Assembly: GCA_963677485.1 (NCBI GenBank)
Contig: OY781964.1
Coordinates: forward strand, 3,808,001-3,872,000
Source of the DNA: Armatimonadota bacterium
Lineage (GTDB): Bacteria > Armatimonadota > HRBIN16
Direction: 5' to 3'
Length of the DNA: 64,000 nucleotides
Below are positions 11,420-21,846 of this stretch, piece by piece. Position numbers and translations under genes: made by a program. The notes beneath the pieces are model-generated. The model saw only the letters and a program-made list of their open reading frames with translations. It was not told the DNA's origin and ran no database searches. Positions within the stretch are counted from its first letter, which is position 1; each line of letters begins with the position of its first letter.

Positions 11420-11983
11420 ATGATGAAGGTTGAAGTGGGCGAGAAGGCTCATGATCTGCAACTAATGGACTTTCATGGTGATGCTGTTCAATTAAGCTCA
11501 CTGTGGGCTAATACGCCGGTCATGTTGTTTTTTCACCGTCATCTGGGCAGTATATTTGCCAAACAGGCGTTCAAACGACTCGACTGCAGTGTGGGACAAC
11601 TAGAAACCCACGGTGTTCGCCTGGTATCCATAGTGCCTGCTTCGGCGGCTGATGCCTGCGCATACTGCACTGAAGGCGACTTTTGGCATACGTGTCTTGC
11701 TGATGCCAAACTCAATTGTTACCGTGCTTATGGTGTTGGAAACGCGAGTCTGCTTCAGATGATTGGGCCCCAAACACTCCGTAGCTATAAAGAGGCTGTC
11801 ACCCGCGGATACCGGCAGTCTATGCGGCCTATCGGCCACGCGTTTGTGATGCCTGCTGTGGTTGTAGTCGATACAGATGGGGTCATTACCGCCATCCGTT
11901 ATAGCAAACATGCGGGTGACATTCCGTCAGTCAGCGAACTATTACAAATGGTGAGCGGTATTTCTCAATCCCCTTCCAGTTGA
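11420..11983 (+). CDS. AhpC/TSA peroxiredoxin-like protein (CxxC missing)
   Basis: VGEKAHDLQL..G.AVQLSSLW...PVMLFFHRHLGSIFAKQ, PAVVVVDTDG thioredoxin-fold pattern. Confidence 0.7.
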   Translation: MMKVEVGEKAHDLQLMDFHGDAVQLSSLWANTPVMLFFHRHLGSIFAKQAFKRLDCSVGQLETHGVRLVSIVPASAADACAYCTEGDFWHTCLADAKLNCYRAYGVGNASLLQMIGPQTLRSYKEAVTRGYRQSMRPIGHAFVMPAVVVVDTDGVITAIRYSKHAGDIPSVSELLQMVSGISQSPSS

Positions 11984-12008
11984 CAATGGTACAGATGCGT
12001 CATACAAT
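11980..12008 (+). promoter_or_regulatory. sigma70-type promoter of recG operon
   Basis: TTGACA-17 nt-TACAAT. Confidence 0.75.
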
Positions 12009-12044
12009 ACAGCCGATAGCCTGAGCGAAGGAGTGTTGTCATAA

Positions 12045-14159
12045 GTGTCTGACCCTAGAAGCCCGTCACCTTCAGCAACCTCGACTCGGAGGTTGTCGCT
12101 GTCAGACAAGGTTCAATATCTGCGCGGTGTGGGCGAAGCTCTGGCTGTGAAGTTCCGCAAGCTGCAGATTGAGACCGTATTTGACCTATTGATGCATATC
12201 CCGAGCCGGTATGAGGATCGCTCTCATCTGCGGCGGCTGGCGGATGTCGTCGTCGGTGAAAACAACACCGTTAAGGGCCGTTTGATAGCGGTCGAAAACA
12301 GCGAAACAAAGCGCGGTTTCAAGATCACCCGAGCAGTGATCAATGATGGTTCAGGCTCACTTGAGCTGGTGTGGTTCAATCAGCCGTATATGCGTGACAC
12401 TCTTTGGAAAAAGAAAGAACGCGAACTTGTCGTTTACGGCATGGTGCAGCAGGGCAGCTATTACTGGCAGATGAATACTCCCGAATGGGAGGAACTGATC
12501 GAAGACGACCCCCAGTCGCAACTGCGAATCGTGCCTGTTTACCCTTCAACGGACGGGCTGCAGCAGGCCCGCATCCGGCTTGCTACCAGCAACGCTTTGA
12601 CGCTTTACCGCGATGTGATTGCTGAATACCTGCCTGGACCGATCATAGCAAGACGCGGTTTGATGCCGCCCTTACAAGCCTTACTCCAGATTCACTATCC
12701 AGAAAACCTGAATGATGTAGACGCTGCCCGTAATCGGCTGGTATACGATGAGTTCTTTACATTACAGTCGTATCTCGCTTTACAGCAGCAGAATGTCAAA
12801 CTGCGGCATAAAAACCCATTTACCATTGACACCCCGAAACTCAACGAACGCCTTACCCAGATGCTGCCATTCAAGCTGACCGATGCGCAACGCAGGGTGA
12901 TGGGCGAGATATGGGCCGATATGCAGCGTGACGTGCCGATGAACCGGCTGCTGCAGGGTGATGTGGGTTCAGGCAAGACGGTGGTGGCCGCCTCTGCCAT
13001 GTTGGCATGTATAGAGAATGGGCGGCAGGCAGCGATCATGGCCCCGACCGAGATACTCGCTGAGCAGCATTTCATCGGGCTCTGTCGGCTGTTTGCCAAG
13101 AGCGGCGTAGTGGTCGACTTGGCAGTGGGTAGTTTAACTTCAACCCGTAAGAAGGCCTTCCGCGAACGGTTGGCACAGGGTGTTTCACAGATTGTGGTGG
13201 GCACTCATGCCTTAATTCAAGAGGGTGTCGATTTCCGCAGCCTGGGGTTAGTGATCATCGACGAGCAGCACCGATTTGGTGTTCTGCAGCGCGCAGCTTT
13301 GATGAATAAGGGCGAAAACCCCGATGTGCTGGTGATGACGGCGACACCGATACCTCGAACGCTGACGATGACTGTCTATGGCGACCTTGATCTATCTGTG
13401 ATCGACCAGATGCCGGCGGGACGCAAGCCGATCAAGACGCACATGAAGTGGCATACCCAGCGGACCGAGGTCTACGAGGCTTTACGGAAGCTGTTGCAGA
13501 CCAAACGACAGGCCTACGTGGTGTGCCCGCTGGTGCAGGAGTCAGACAAACTTCAAAAGCAGGCCGCGGAAGCACTGGCTGTGGAGCTTCAAACCGAAAT
13601 ACTCCCGGAGTTCAAGATAGGACTGCTGCACGGGCAGTTGAAACAAAAAGACAAAGAGCTAGTGATGGAGGAGTTCCGCACTGGCTTGATCGATGTGTTG
13701 GTGTCGACAACCGTGATTGAAGTGGGAGTGGATGTGCCGAACGCCACCGTGATGGTGGTTGAAGACGCCGAACGGTTTGGCTTGGCTCAGCTTCACCAAC
13801 TGCGGGGTAGAGTAGGGCGTGGTGAGCATCAAAGCTATTGCATACTCGTCACTGAATCCAACTCAGAGGTGGCTCGGGAACGGCTGGATGTTTTGGTCAA
13901 GACGAACGATGGCTTCATCATTGCCGAACAAGACTTACGGATCCGAGGGCCTGGTGAGTTAACTGGAACACGTCAGAGCGGTGTGCCAACACTGCGAATC
14001 GCCAACATTTTGGAAGACCAACTCATGTTGATGTGTGCTCGTGAAGATGCGTTTGAACTGATCGCGTCTGACCCTCAGTTGGCACAGACACAGAACCAGG
14101 GCGTAAAATGGATGCTGGAACAACGGGCAGACCGGGCACAGTTGGCATCTGTCAGCTAA
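12045..14159 (+). CDS. recG: ATP-dependent DNA helicase RecG
   Basis: MNRLLQGDVGSGKT, IDEQHRFG, MTATPIPRT, QLHQLRGRVGRG. Confidence 0.97.
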   Translation: MSDPRSPSPSATSTRRLSLSDKVQYLRGVGEALAVKFRKLQIETVFDLLMHIPSRYEDRSHLRRLADVVVGENNTVKGRLIAVENSETKRGFKITRAVINDGSGSLELVWFNQPYMRDTLWKKKERELVVYGMVQQGSYYWQMNTPEWEELIEDDPQSQLRIVPVYPSTDGLQQARIRLATSNALTLYRDVIAEYLPGPIIARRGLMPPLQALLQIHYPENLNDVDAARNRLVYDEFFTLQSYLALQQQNVKLRHKNPFTIDTPKLNERLTQMLPFKLTDAQRRVMGEIWADMQRDVPMNRLLQGDVGSGKTVVAASAMLACIENGRQAAIMAPTEILAEQHFIGLCRLFAKSGVVVDLAVGSLTSTRKKAFRERLAQGVSQIVVGTHALIQEGVDFRSLGLVIIDEQHRFGVLQRAALMNKGENPDVLVMTATPIPRTLTMTVYGDLDLSVIDQMPAGRKPIKTHMKWHTQRTEVYEALRKLLQTKRQAYVVCPLVQESDKLQKQAAEALAVELQTEILPEFKIGLLHGQLKQKDKELVMEEFRTGLIDVLVSTTVIEVGVDVPNATVMVVEDAERFGLAQLHQLRGRVGRGEHQSYCILVTESNSEVARERLDVLVKTNDGFIIAEQDLRIRGPGELTGTRQSGVPTLRIANILEDQLMLMCAREDAFELIASDPQLAQTQNQGVKWMLEQRADRAQLASVS

Positions 14160-14186
14160 TCACAATATACTTCATAAAGGTATACC

Positions 14187-14687
14187 ATGAAAAAAGGAAT
14201 ATATCCCGGATCTTTTGATCCGGTGACTAATGGGCATCTTGACATCATAAAGCGCAGCGCGCAGCTTTTCGATACACTAATAGTAGCTGTGGCACCTAAC
14301 TCCTCAAAAACGCCGTTATTCAGCGTATATGAGCGAGAAAGGCTTCTTTCTGAAGCGTGTGCTGAGATACCCAATGTGCAGATTGAACATTTCGATGGAT
14401 TATTGGTTGACTATGCTGTGAAAAGCGGCTGCCATGTGATCATCAAAGGTCTGCGTGCGGTCAGCGATTTCGAATACGAGCTTCAGATGGCACTTACCAA
14501 CGCACGGCTATGTCCGGAAGTGGAGACTGTATTCATGATGACATCATCTGAGTATCTTTTCTTGGCTTCTAATATCGTGAAAGAGATAGCAAGGTTGGGC
14601 GGTAGTGTAAGCGGGCTGGTGCCGTCCGCAGTCGAACCCTTGCTCTACGCTAAATTCACATCGGTGCAGCAAGAACCGGAGGACTAA
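14187..14687 (+). CDS. coaD: phosphopantetheine adenylyltransferase
   Basis: YPGSFDPVTNGHLDII, GLRAVSDFEYE. Confidence 0.97.
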   Translation: MKKGIYPGSFDPVTNGHLDIIKRSAQLFDTLIVAVAPNSSKTPLFSVYERERLLSEACAEIPNVQIEHFDGLLVDYAVKSGCHVIIKGLRAVSDFEYELQMALTNARLCPEVETVFMMTSSEYLFLASNIVKEIARLGGSVSGLVPSAVEPLLYAKFTSVQQEPED

Positions 14688-14688
14688 T

Positions 14689-15192
14689 ATGGCTGAAAAA
14701 TACGAAACCCTCGGTATTATCGAGAACCTGAAAGAAATGCTTGAAGGTGCTCGCCACTTCATGGGTAACATGATCGTGCTTGGTCTTGATTTGGACGAAT
14801 GCTACGCCACACTTGAACGTTTGAAGGCGACGATACCCACAGAGATTCAAAAAGCTCAAAGCATAATACAGCGTCAAGATAGTATCACTCAGAACGCCAA
14901 TGATCACGCTCAGCATACCATTTCATTGGCACAGTCTCAAGCCCAGCAGATGGTAGATAATGCCTCTGCACAGGCGGCGGCCATGGTGGAGCAGAACACC
15001 ATTGTGGCACAAGCCATGGATCGAGCGAATCAAATCATAGCAGAAGCGGAAGCTAAATCCTACGATCTACGCACTGGAGCCGACGATTACGCTCGCGATG
15101 TTCTGAACCGTGTAGAGGAATATCTTGCTAAATCCCTTAGCACCGTGCAGCGTGGCAAGGAACAGCTAGGGCCTTCACAGCGGACTCGGTAA
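14689..15192 (+). CDS. coiled-coil protein (DivIVA/ATP synthase b-like) conserved after coaD
   Basis: Ala/Gln-rich helical repeats, P.EIQKA, GADDYA..VL pattern. Confidence 0.7.
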   Translation: MAEKYETLGIIENLKEMLEGARHFMGNMIVLGLDLDECYATLERLKATIPTEIQKAQSIIQRQDSITQNANDHAQHTISLAQSQAQQMVDNASAQAAAMVEQNTIVAQAMDRANQIIAEAEAKSYDLRTGADDYARDVLNRVEEYLAKSLSTVQRGKEQLGPSQRTR

Positions 15193-15237
15193 CCGAGGCG
15201 CAGCAGAGACCATAATCGACGATACGGAGAAGATAGA

Positions 15238-16401
15238 TTGAAGATCCTAGTTATCAACTGCGGAAGCTCGTCTTTGAAATACCGCCTCTTTGAGGACGAT
15301 ATCGAGCTTGCCAAAGGCATGGTAGAACGCATTGGTCAGGCCGAAACACCTGATCACAATGTGGCCGTGGAGAAGATGTTCTCCCAGTTAACAGACCCAG
15401 GAAATCCAGCTAAGATAAGTGTCTCAGAAATAGAGGCCATCGGGCACCGCGTGCTTCATGGCGGTGAGTGGATGACCTCACCAGTCATTATCGACCGGGA
15501 TGTCATCAGCACCATTGATGCCTGTATTCCGCTTGGGCCGCTTCACAATCCGGCCAACCTGCAAGGCATACGCGCCTGCATCAAGCAAGCTCCTCATGCC
15601 ACCCAGGTTGCTGTTTTTGACACCGGATTCCACCAAACAATGCCCGACTATGTTTACACCTACCCCATTCCTGAAAATCTGCGAAAAGAACACGGTATCC
15701 GGAGATACGGGTTCCATGGAACCAGTCATTTCTATGTGTCCACCCGTATGGTAGACATACTGAAGAAAAATGAAGGCATCACGTCCGGCAGTAAGGTGGT
15801 ATGCTGCCATCTTGGTAATGGCTCCAGCATGGCTGCGATAGTGGATGGAAAGTGCGTGGATACTTCCATGGGGCTTACCCCGGCTGAAGGGCTGATGATG
15901 GGCACCCGGTGTGGAGACATCGACCCGGCTGTTTTGATCTACCTTCAGCGTACACAAGGCTGGGATGCAGACAAGCTGGACAAGCTGATTAACAAGCAGA
16001 GTGGACTGCTGGCGGTTGCTGGCGTGGTGGACATGCGCGATGTTGAAGACCGCTATATGGCTGGTGATCCTAAGGCACGTCTGGCATTTGATATATTCTG
16101 CTACCGCATTATCAAATATGTTGGTGCCTATGCTGCGGCAATGAACGGCCTTGATGCCATAGCGTTTACTGGCGGTATCGGTGAGAACAGTCCGTTAGTG
16201 CGCGACCGTGTCTGCGCCTCACTGTCATATATGGGCATAGTCATCGATAATGCCATCAACGAACCTCGCAGCAAACAGGAGCGCCGTATCAGCACACCTG
16301 AGAGCAAGGTGAAGGTATACGTGGTGCCGACAGACGAAGAACGCGTGATCGCACGTGAGACGATGCGGCTGACGAACGACAAGAAGGCTGTTCTCGCGTA
16401 A
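15238..16401 (+). CDS. ackA: acetate kinase
   Basis: LVINCGSSSLKY, GHRVLHGG, PLHNP, YGFHGTSH, FTGGIGENS. Confidence 0.96.
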   Translation: MKILVINCGSSSLKYRLFEDDIELAKGMVERIGQAETPDHNVAVEKMFSQLTDPGNPAKISVSEIEAIGHRVLHGGEWMTSPVIIDRDVISTIDACIPLGPLHNPANLQGIRACIKQAPHATQVAVFDTGFHQTMPDYVYTYPIPENLRKEHGIRRYGFHGTSHFYVSTRMVDILKKNEGITSGSKVVCCHLGNGSSMAAIVDGKCVDTSMGLTPAEGLMMGTRCGDIDPAVLIYLQRTQGWDADKLDKLINKQSGLLAVAGVVDMRDVEDRYMAGDPKARLAFDIFCYRIIKYVGAYAAAMNGLDAIAFTGGIGENSPLVRDRVCASLSYMGIVIDNAINEPRSKQERRISTPESKVKVYVVPTDEERVIARETMRLTNDKKAVLA

Positions 16402-16467
16402 AGCGTGATATAATAAACAGGCGTTTTTCGGATCGCTGAGTGATTTACAGCCCTTGGAGGTTCAGAT

Positions 16468-17043
16468 ATGAGGCTTGATCTCAATGAAGTTGTTCTGAAA
16501 CCAGGGGCTATTTACAACTACGAAGTGAATGAAGCCCCTGGCACGGTTCCTGAAATTGAGTTAGCAGCTCCGGTGACTGGCACCATTGCTTTCTCTAATA
16601 CAGGTGACTGTTTAGTGATACGCGGCCGGATCAAGGCCGATATCCTGCTGGAATGCAGCCGATGCCTGCGTCCGACAATCATCTCTACCTTGGTGGCTGT
16701 TGATGAAGCTGCTAATGTGGAGTACAGCGGAGGTCATGGGAACCCCACCTCTGCCAGGCTGAAGCCGATTGATGATGAAGATACATTGCTGTTTGAAGGC
16801 AACACTTTTGATCTTTCGGAGCTTCTGCGACAACTGCTGTTAATGGAAATTCCGCTGCAGCCGTTACATGCACCTGACTGCAAAGGGATTTGTCAGCGAT
16901 GTGGTGCAGACCTGAACGATGGGCCTTGCGATTGCACGGATGACGATGACGACGCACCGCTGCGCTGGACCGATCTCGCCAAACTGGCTTTGGATGCTAA
17001 AGAGCTGAAGCAGCTTGACGATGACGAAGATTTGAATTCATAA
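16468..17043 (+). CDS. yceD: YceD/DUF177 family protein
   Basis: CSRCL and DCKGICQRCGADLNDGPCDC; directly upstream of rpmF. Confidence 0.88.
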   Translation: MRLDLNEVVLKPGAIYNYEVNEAPGTVPEIELAAPVTGTIAFSNTGDCLVIRGRIKADILLECSRCLRPTIISTLVAVDEAANVEYSGGHGNPTSARLKPIDDEDTLLFEGNTFDLSELLRQLLLMEIPLQPLHAPDCKGICQRCGADLNDGPCDCTDDDDDAPLRWTDLAKLALDAKELKQLDDDEDLNS

Positions 17044-17063
17044 CCAACTGAGGAGATTATACA

Positions 17064-17276
17064 ATGCCGCTGCCAAAAAGAAGACACTCGCACGCACGTG
17101 GAGCGAAGCGACGAACTCACTACACTCTATCTGCTGTGACCGTAGTGGCCAGCAAGTGCCCAGGTGACAATCCCGATTGTCCTGGTGCACGTGTTTCACA
17201 CACCGCATGCCCTGTGTGTGGCTGGTATAATGGCCGTCAAGCCGTTCCAGTCAAACAAAAGAAAATCCAGGAATAG
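17064..17276 (+). CDS. rpmF: 50S ribosomal protein L32
   Basis: MPLPKRRHSHAR..KRR, HTACPVCGWYNGR. Confidence 0.95.
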   Translation: MPLPKRRHSHARGAKRRTHYTLSAVTVVASKCPGDNPDCPGARVSHTACPVCGWYNGRQAVPVKQKKIQE

Positions 17277-17294
17277 GCTTCCGGAAGCAAACGA

Positions 17295-18362
17295 ATGCCT
17301 AATTCGAACAGGAAACCGCGGATTGCTATAGACGGCATGGGCGGTGACCACGCTCCCGCCGAAGTTGTAATAGGCACCGTTGCCGTCGCTCTTGAGAATC
17401 CAGATGCAGATTGGATTCTAGTCGGCGATGAGAGCCTCATGCGTGAGTGCCTTAAGGGGCGCACACTTCCCAAGAACGTCATAATCAAGCACGCTTCGCA
17501 AGTGATCAAAATGGACGAAAGCCCGGTCACTTCGATCCGCAAGAAGAAAGACGCTTCTCTGGTGGTGTGCGCCCGTCTCGTCAAAGAGGGTCAGGCTGAC
17601 GGGTTCTTTAGTGCCGGCCATAGTGGTGCCGCCCTTGCCGTGGGCGCGCTTATCATAGGCCGCATACCCGGTGTAGACAGACCGGCCATCACTGTTCCTA
17701 TGCCCTCCGTCAAGGGACACTATGTGTTGATTGATGCGGGAGCCAATGTCGATTGTGATCACACCCATCTAGTCGAGTTCGCCGTGATGGGTATGGTATA
17801 TGCTCAGACCATTCTCGGTGTTAAAGAACCTCGGATTGGGTTGATCAGCAACGGCGAAGAGGACACCAAGGGCAACCAGCTTGTGAAATCCGCTAATCGC
17901 CTTCTTCGAGCCTCCGGTCTGCCGTTCATAGGCAACATTGAGGGGCGCGAGATGTTCGAAGGTAAAGCCGATGTGGTGGTTTGCGACGGGTTTGTTGGGA
18001 ACCTGGTTCTGAAAACCGCTGAGGGTGTGGGCTTGATGCTCATGAAGCTGATACAGAGAGAAGTTGAACATAACCCGCTGCTCAAACTGCCCATGGCGTT
18101 GATGATGACTACCCTGAAGAGACTGAAACGTCACACTGACCCGGATGAGTACGGCGGCGCGCATCTGCTCGGTGTGAACAGTGTGGTTGTCATAGGACAT
18201 GGCTCGTCACACGCGAGAGCGGTGACCAATGGCTTAAAAATCACCCTGCGTGCGGTGAAACAAGACATGGTCGCTCGAATTTCCGAAGCCATGGCTGAAC
18301 GTGCTGAGATGGTCAGCTCCCTGCCATTCCTGCTGCAAGAGGGCGGTCCTGTCAATAACTGA
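17295..18362 (+). CDS. plsX: phosphate acyltransferase PlsX
   Basis: IAIDGMGGDHAP, DAGANVD, NGEEDTKG, CDGFVGN, IGHGSS. Confidence 0.96.
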   Translation: MPNSNRKPRIAIDGMGGDHAPAEVVIGTVAVALENPDADWILVGDESLMRECLKGRTLPKNVIIKHASQVIKMDESPVTSIRKKKDASLVVCARLVKEGQADGFFSAGHSGAALAVGALIIGRIPGVDRPAITVPMPSVKGHYVLIDAGANVDCDHTHLVEFAVMGMVYAQTILGVKEPRIGLISNGEEDTKGNQLVKSANRLLRASGLPFIGNIEGREMFEGKADVVVCDGFVGNLVLKTAEGVGLMLMKLIQREVEHNPLLKLPMALMMTTLKRLKRHTDPDEYGGAHLLGVNSVVVIGHGSSHARAVTNGLKITLRAVKQDMVARISEAMAERAEMVSSLPFLLQEGGPVNN

Positions 18363-18424
18363 CTGCACAGTCAGTGCCACCGCCATCACCACTAATATCC
18401 ACACGAAAGTGAGGCTGACACGGA

Positions 18425-19369
18425 TTGTCAAAGCTTAAATACGCACTGCTTTTTCCGGGGCAAGGCTCACAGAGTTCAGCCATGGGAGCCGATCTGCTCG
18501 CGCATTACCCTGAAGCTGCCGATATGGCTGCTCAAGCCGACACGGTTCTGCGACGCTCGGTCACTGATCTTCTGACGACGGCCGATGATGCGACACTGAA
18601 GCAGACCCTCAATTCCCAACCCGCACTCTATTGCCTTAGCCAGGCCATCCTGGCTGTTTTACGCAGAATGGCCCCCGTGGCGCCAGTTGTGGTCGCTGGC
18701 CACAGTCTGGGCGAGTATGCTGCACTATCAGCGGCGGGTGTCATAGACTATCAACAAGGCCTGAAGCTGATCGATGCGCGCGCACAAGCGATGGACCGAG
18801 CTGCTTCAGCCCATCCGGGAGCCATGGCAGCAATATTGGGTCTAGACGATGGGCTGATATCTGAGGCTTGCAAAGATGCCAGTATGGACGGAATAGTCGC
18901 CCCTGCGAACTACAACAGCCCTGGCCAGGTCGTGATCTCAGGCGAGAAGGCTGCCGTTGAAGCGGCTTGCATTTTATGCAAGCAAAAGGGTGCTAAACGA
19001 GCACTGATGCTGCCTGTCTCCGGCGGGTTTCACAGCCAGTTGATGACTTCGGCCGCAGAGGAGCTTAAAGACCTTTTTGCGCTCACTGAATGGAAAGAAC
19101 CTCACACAACGCTGGTGATGAATGTCACAGCAGAACCTCCTCATAATGTTTCGGATATCCCAGGGCTTATGCTCAAGCAGATCACCAGCTCGGTGATGTG
19201 GAGCCAAAGCCTCATCTATATGCAACAGATGGGGGTTGAGCTGTTTATCGAAGTTGGTCCCGGAGAGGTGTTGTGCGGTTTGGTTAAGCGCACGCTCCCG
19301 GGAGCTCAGACAATGCGGTGCAGCAAGCCAGAAGAAATACTGGCTGTAGCCGATAGAATAGGAGTATAA
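18425..19369 (+). CDS. fabD: malonyl-CoA:ACP transacylase
   Basis: FPGQGSQ, GHSLGEY, ANYNSPGQVVISG, SGGFHS. Confidence 0.96.
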   Translation: MSKLKYALLFPGQGSQSSAMGADLLAHYPEAADMAAQADTVLRRSVTDLLTTADDATLKQTLNSQPALYCLSQAILAVLRRMAPVAPVVVAGHSLGEYAALSAAGVIDYQQGLKLIDARAQAMDRAASAHPGAMAAILGLDDGLISEACKDASMDGIVAPANYNSPGQVVISGEKAAVEAACILCKQKGAKRALMLPVSGGFHSQLMTSAAEELKDLFALTEWKEPHTTLVMNVTAEPPHNVSDIPGLMLKQITSSVMWSQSLIYMQQMGVELFIEVGPGEVLCGLVKRTLPGAQTMRCSKPEEILAVADRIGV

Positions 19370-19370
19370 A

Positions 19371-20123
19371 ATGCGTTTCCAAGGAAAGATCGTATTAGTG
19401 ACCGGTGGTGGAGCAGATACACGCGGCATAGGTTACTGCATTGCCAGTGCCTTTGGACGTGAAGGTGCTCATGTTGTCGTGGCTGACTATGTGGCAGCAA
19501 ACGCCCAGCGCGTGGTCGATGACATCATAGCCGCTGGTGGCCAGGCCGAGGTTCTACAGATGGATGTCAGTAACGCCGATAGCGTGAATACAGGCTTCAA
19601 ACAGTTACTCGACAAGCACGAACGCCTCGATGTGCTGGTGAATGCCGCAGGGATCACCAAAGACGGGTTGATCATGCGTATGTCCGAAGCGGATTGGGAT
19701 GCTGTGATGAATGTGAACTTGAAGGGTGCTTTCCTAACCACTAAGGCCGCCACACGCCCAATGATGAAACAGCGTTGCGGTGCTATTGTGAATATTGCTT
19801 CGATCATGGGGCAGATCGGCAATGCCGGGCAGGCGAATTACGCCAGCTCAAAGGGAGGGCTGATTGCCCTTACTAAGTCAACCGCCAAGGAGCTGGGTTC
19901 ACGAGGAATTCGAGCGAATGCGGTGGCTCCAGGCTGGATTGAAACAGCCATGACCGACAAGCTTCCTGACAGCGTGCGCGATGGCATGATGACCAACATC
20001 CCGTTGGCGCGGCTGGGCAGCGGTGTTGATGTCGCTAAAGTGGTGCTGTTCCTGGCAAGTGATGATGCGGGTTATGTAACCGGTCAGACCTTGACTGTTG
20101 ACGGCGGGCTGGTTATGATATAA
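19371..20123 (+). CDS. fabG: 3-oxoacyl-ACP reductase
   Basis: [33 protein letters not shown]. Confidence 0.95.
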   Translation: MRFQGKIVLVTGGGADTRGIGYCIASAFGREGAHVVVADYVAANAQRVVDDIIAAGGQAEVLQMDVSNADSVNTGFKQLLDKHERLDVLVNAAGITKDGLIMRMSEADWDAVMNVNLKGAFLTTKAATRPMMKQRCGAIVNIASIMGQIGNAGQANYASSKGGLIALTKSTAKELGSRGIRANAVAPGWIETAMTDKLPDSVRDGMMTNIPLARLGSGVDVAKVVLFLASDDAGYVTGQTLTVDGGLVMI

Positions 20124-20199
20124 ATTGAGCTGCGTCGCGCAGTTTAAACAGAAAATCAAATATCCCTTACATACCATAAATGGAGGATACCAGAATCTC

Positions 20200-20433
20200 A
20201 TGGAAATTTTCGATCGAGTGAAAAAAGTCGTCGTAGAGAAACTCAATGTCGACGCCGGTGAAGTAACCGCAGATGCAGCATTCATGGACGACTTGGGTGC
20301 AGACTCGTTGGACCTCGTCGAATTGGTGATGGCTCTTGAAGAAGAGTTCGAAATTGAAATTGCCGATGAAGATGCAGAGAAAATCCGCAAAGTATCCGAT
20401 GCAGTCAGTTATGTCGAAAGCAAACTGAGCTAA
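20200..20433 (+). CDS. acpP: acyl carrier protein
   Basis: GGAGG RBS; [21 protein letters not shown]. Confidence 0.97.
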   Translation: MEIFDRVKKVVVEKLNVDAGEVTADAAFMDDLGADSLDLVELVMALEEEFEIEIADEDAEKIRKVSDAVSYVESKLS

Positions 20434-20441
20434 GTCACAAG

Positions 20442-21677
20442 ATGTCCAATTCCCGAAAGACAATCGTAATCACGGGGCTGGGGGCTGTGACCCCTTTCGG
20501 TAAGAGTATTCCCACTCTGTGGAGTAATCTACTGGCAGGTGCAACCGCCTCGAGGCGTATCGTCGATATGGATGTTGAACACAGCCCTGTACAGATTGCA
20601 TGTCAGGTGCTGGATTTCGATCCCTTGCCATACGTTGACGCTAAGGCGGCTAAGCGTATGGACCGGTTTTCGAAATTCGCCGTGTGGGCTGCCTGTGAAG
20701 CGGCTGCCGATGCTGGGATAACGGAAGGGTCTGTTGACCCTGAGCGGTTTGGTGTTGTGGTAGGATCTGGGATGGGCGGCATTATCACCATCGAAGAGCA
20801 GCACATCATCTTCCTTGAGCGTGGTGCCGGTCGGCTGAGCCCGTTTATGGTACCCAACATGATCTCCAACATGGCCGCTGGCCAGGTGAGCATGGCCTTG
20901 GGTGCCAAAGGGATCACCCTGTGCGTAACCACAGCCTGCGCGAGCGGTGCTAACAGTGTAGGTGAAGCCGCGGAGGTAATACAACGGGGTGACGCAGACA
21001 TTATGATAGCCGGTGGGTGCGATGCGACCATCAGCCCATATGCTCTGGGCGGGTTCAATGCGTGCAAGGCACTGAGCCGTAGAAATGATGCTCCTGAACG
21101 GGCCAGTCGTCCTTTTGACAAAGATCGCGACGGCTTTGTGATGGGTGAAGGAGCAGGGGTCGTTGTGCTTGAGACACTTGAACATGCGCAAGCCCGTGGT
21201 GCCAAAATCTACGCTGTGTTAGCGGGATATGGCTCCACCTCAGATGCTTTTCATGTGACATCACCCGATCCGGAGTGCGTCCAAACCTCACGCTGCATGA
21301 AAATGGCTATCCAAAAGGCTGGCTTAAGCATGTCTGATGTGAGCTATGTGAACGCACATGGAACATCAACCCAAACGAATGACCGACTTGAAACAAAAGC
21401 GATCAAAATGGCACTTGGCTGTAATGTGCCTGTCAGCTCCATAAAAGGCAGCACAGGGCACCTTATGGGTGCCGCTGGCGCAGTGGAAGCGATTGTTTCA
21501 ATACTGGCTATTCGTGACCAGATATTACCACCTACAGCCAACTACGAAGTTCCAGACCCAGAGTGCGATCTGGACTACGTGCCGAATGTTGCTCGTAAAG
21601 CGGACGTGAAAGCTGTAATCAGCAACTCGTTCGGATTTGGCGGTCACAACGCCAGTCTATTGTTTACGAAGCATTAG
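20442..21677 (+). CDS. fabF: beta-ketoacyl-ACP synthase II
   Basis: TACASG, NAHGTST, GHLMGAAG, NSFGFGGHN. Confidence 0.96.
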   Translation: MSNSRKTIVITGLGAVTPFGKSIPTLWSNLLAGATASRRIVDMDVEHSPVQIACQVLDFDPLPYVDAKAAKRMDRFSKFAVWAACEAAADAGITEGSVDPERFGVVVGSGMGGIITIEEQHIIFLERGAGRLSPFMVPNMISNMAAGQVSMALGAKGITLCVTTACASGANSVGEAAEVIQRGDADIMIAGGCDATISPYALGGFNACKALSRRNDAPERASRPFDKDRDGFVMGEGAGVVVLETLEHAQARGAKIYAVLAGYGSTSDAFHVTSPDPECVQTSRCMKMAIQKAGLSMSDVSYVNAHGTSTQTNDRLETKAIKMALGCNVPVSSIKGSTGHLMGAAGAVEAIVSILAIRDQILPPTANYEVPDPECDLDYVPNVARKADVKAVISNSFGFGGHNASLLFTKH

Positions 21678-21698
21678 ATTTCGGCCTCAAGTGTGTAG

Positions 21699-21739
21699 CA
21701 CACCCCCGACCACAGACTGGTTGGGGGTGTGGTTATTTT
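21699..21739 (+). terminator. intrinsic terminator of fab operon
   Basis: CACACCCCCGACCA-CAGAC-TGGTTGGGGGTGTG then GTTATTTT. Confidence 0.75.
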
Positions 21740-21846
21740 CTGCCATCTGAATGCCTTCATGAAAGCAGGATTTACCCTTTATGGTGCCCAACATGAATCT
21801 GTTGCGCAGTTATCTACAATAGTATTTCTGAACAAGGGGTGCCCCA

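Noticed and set aside
11530-11570. Selenocysteine in the peroxiredoxin-like motif
   Set aside because: Codons are AGT and GCC; no in-frame TGA
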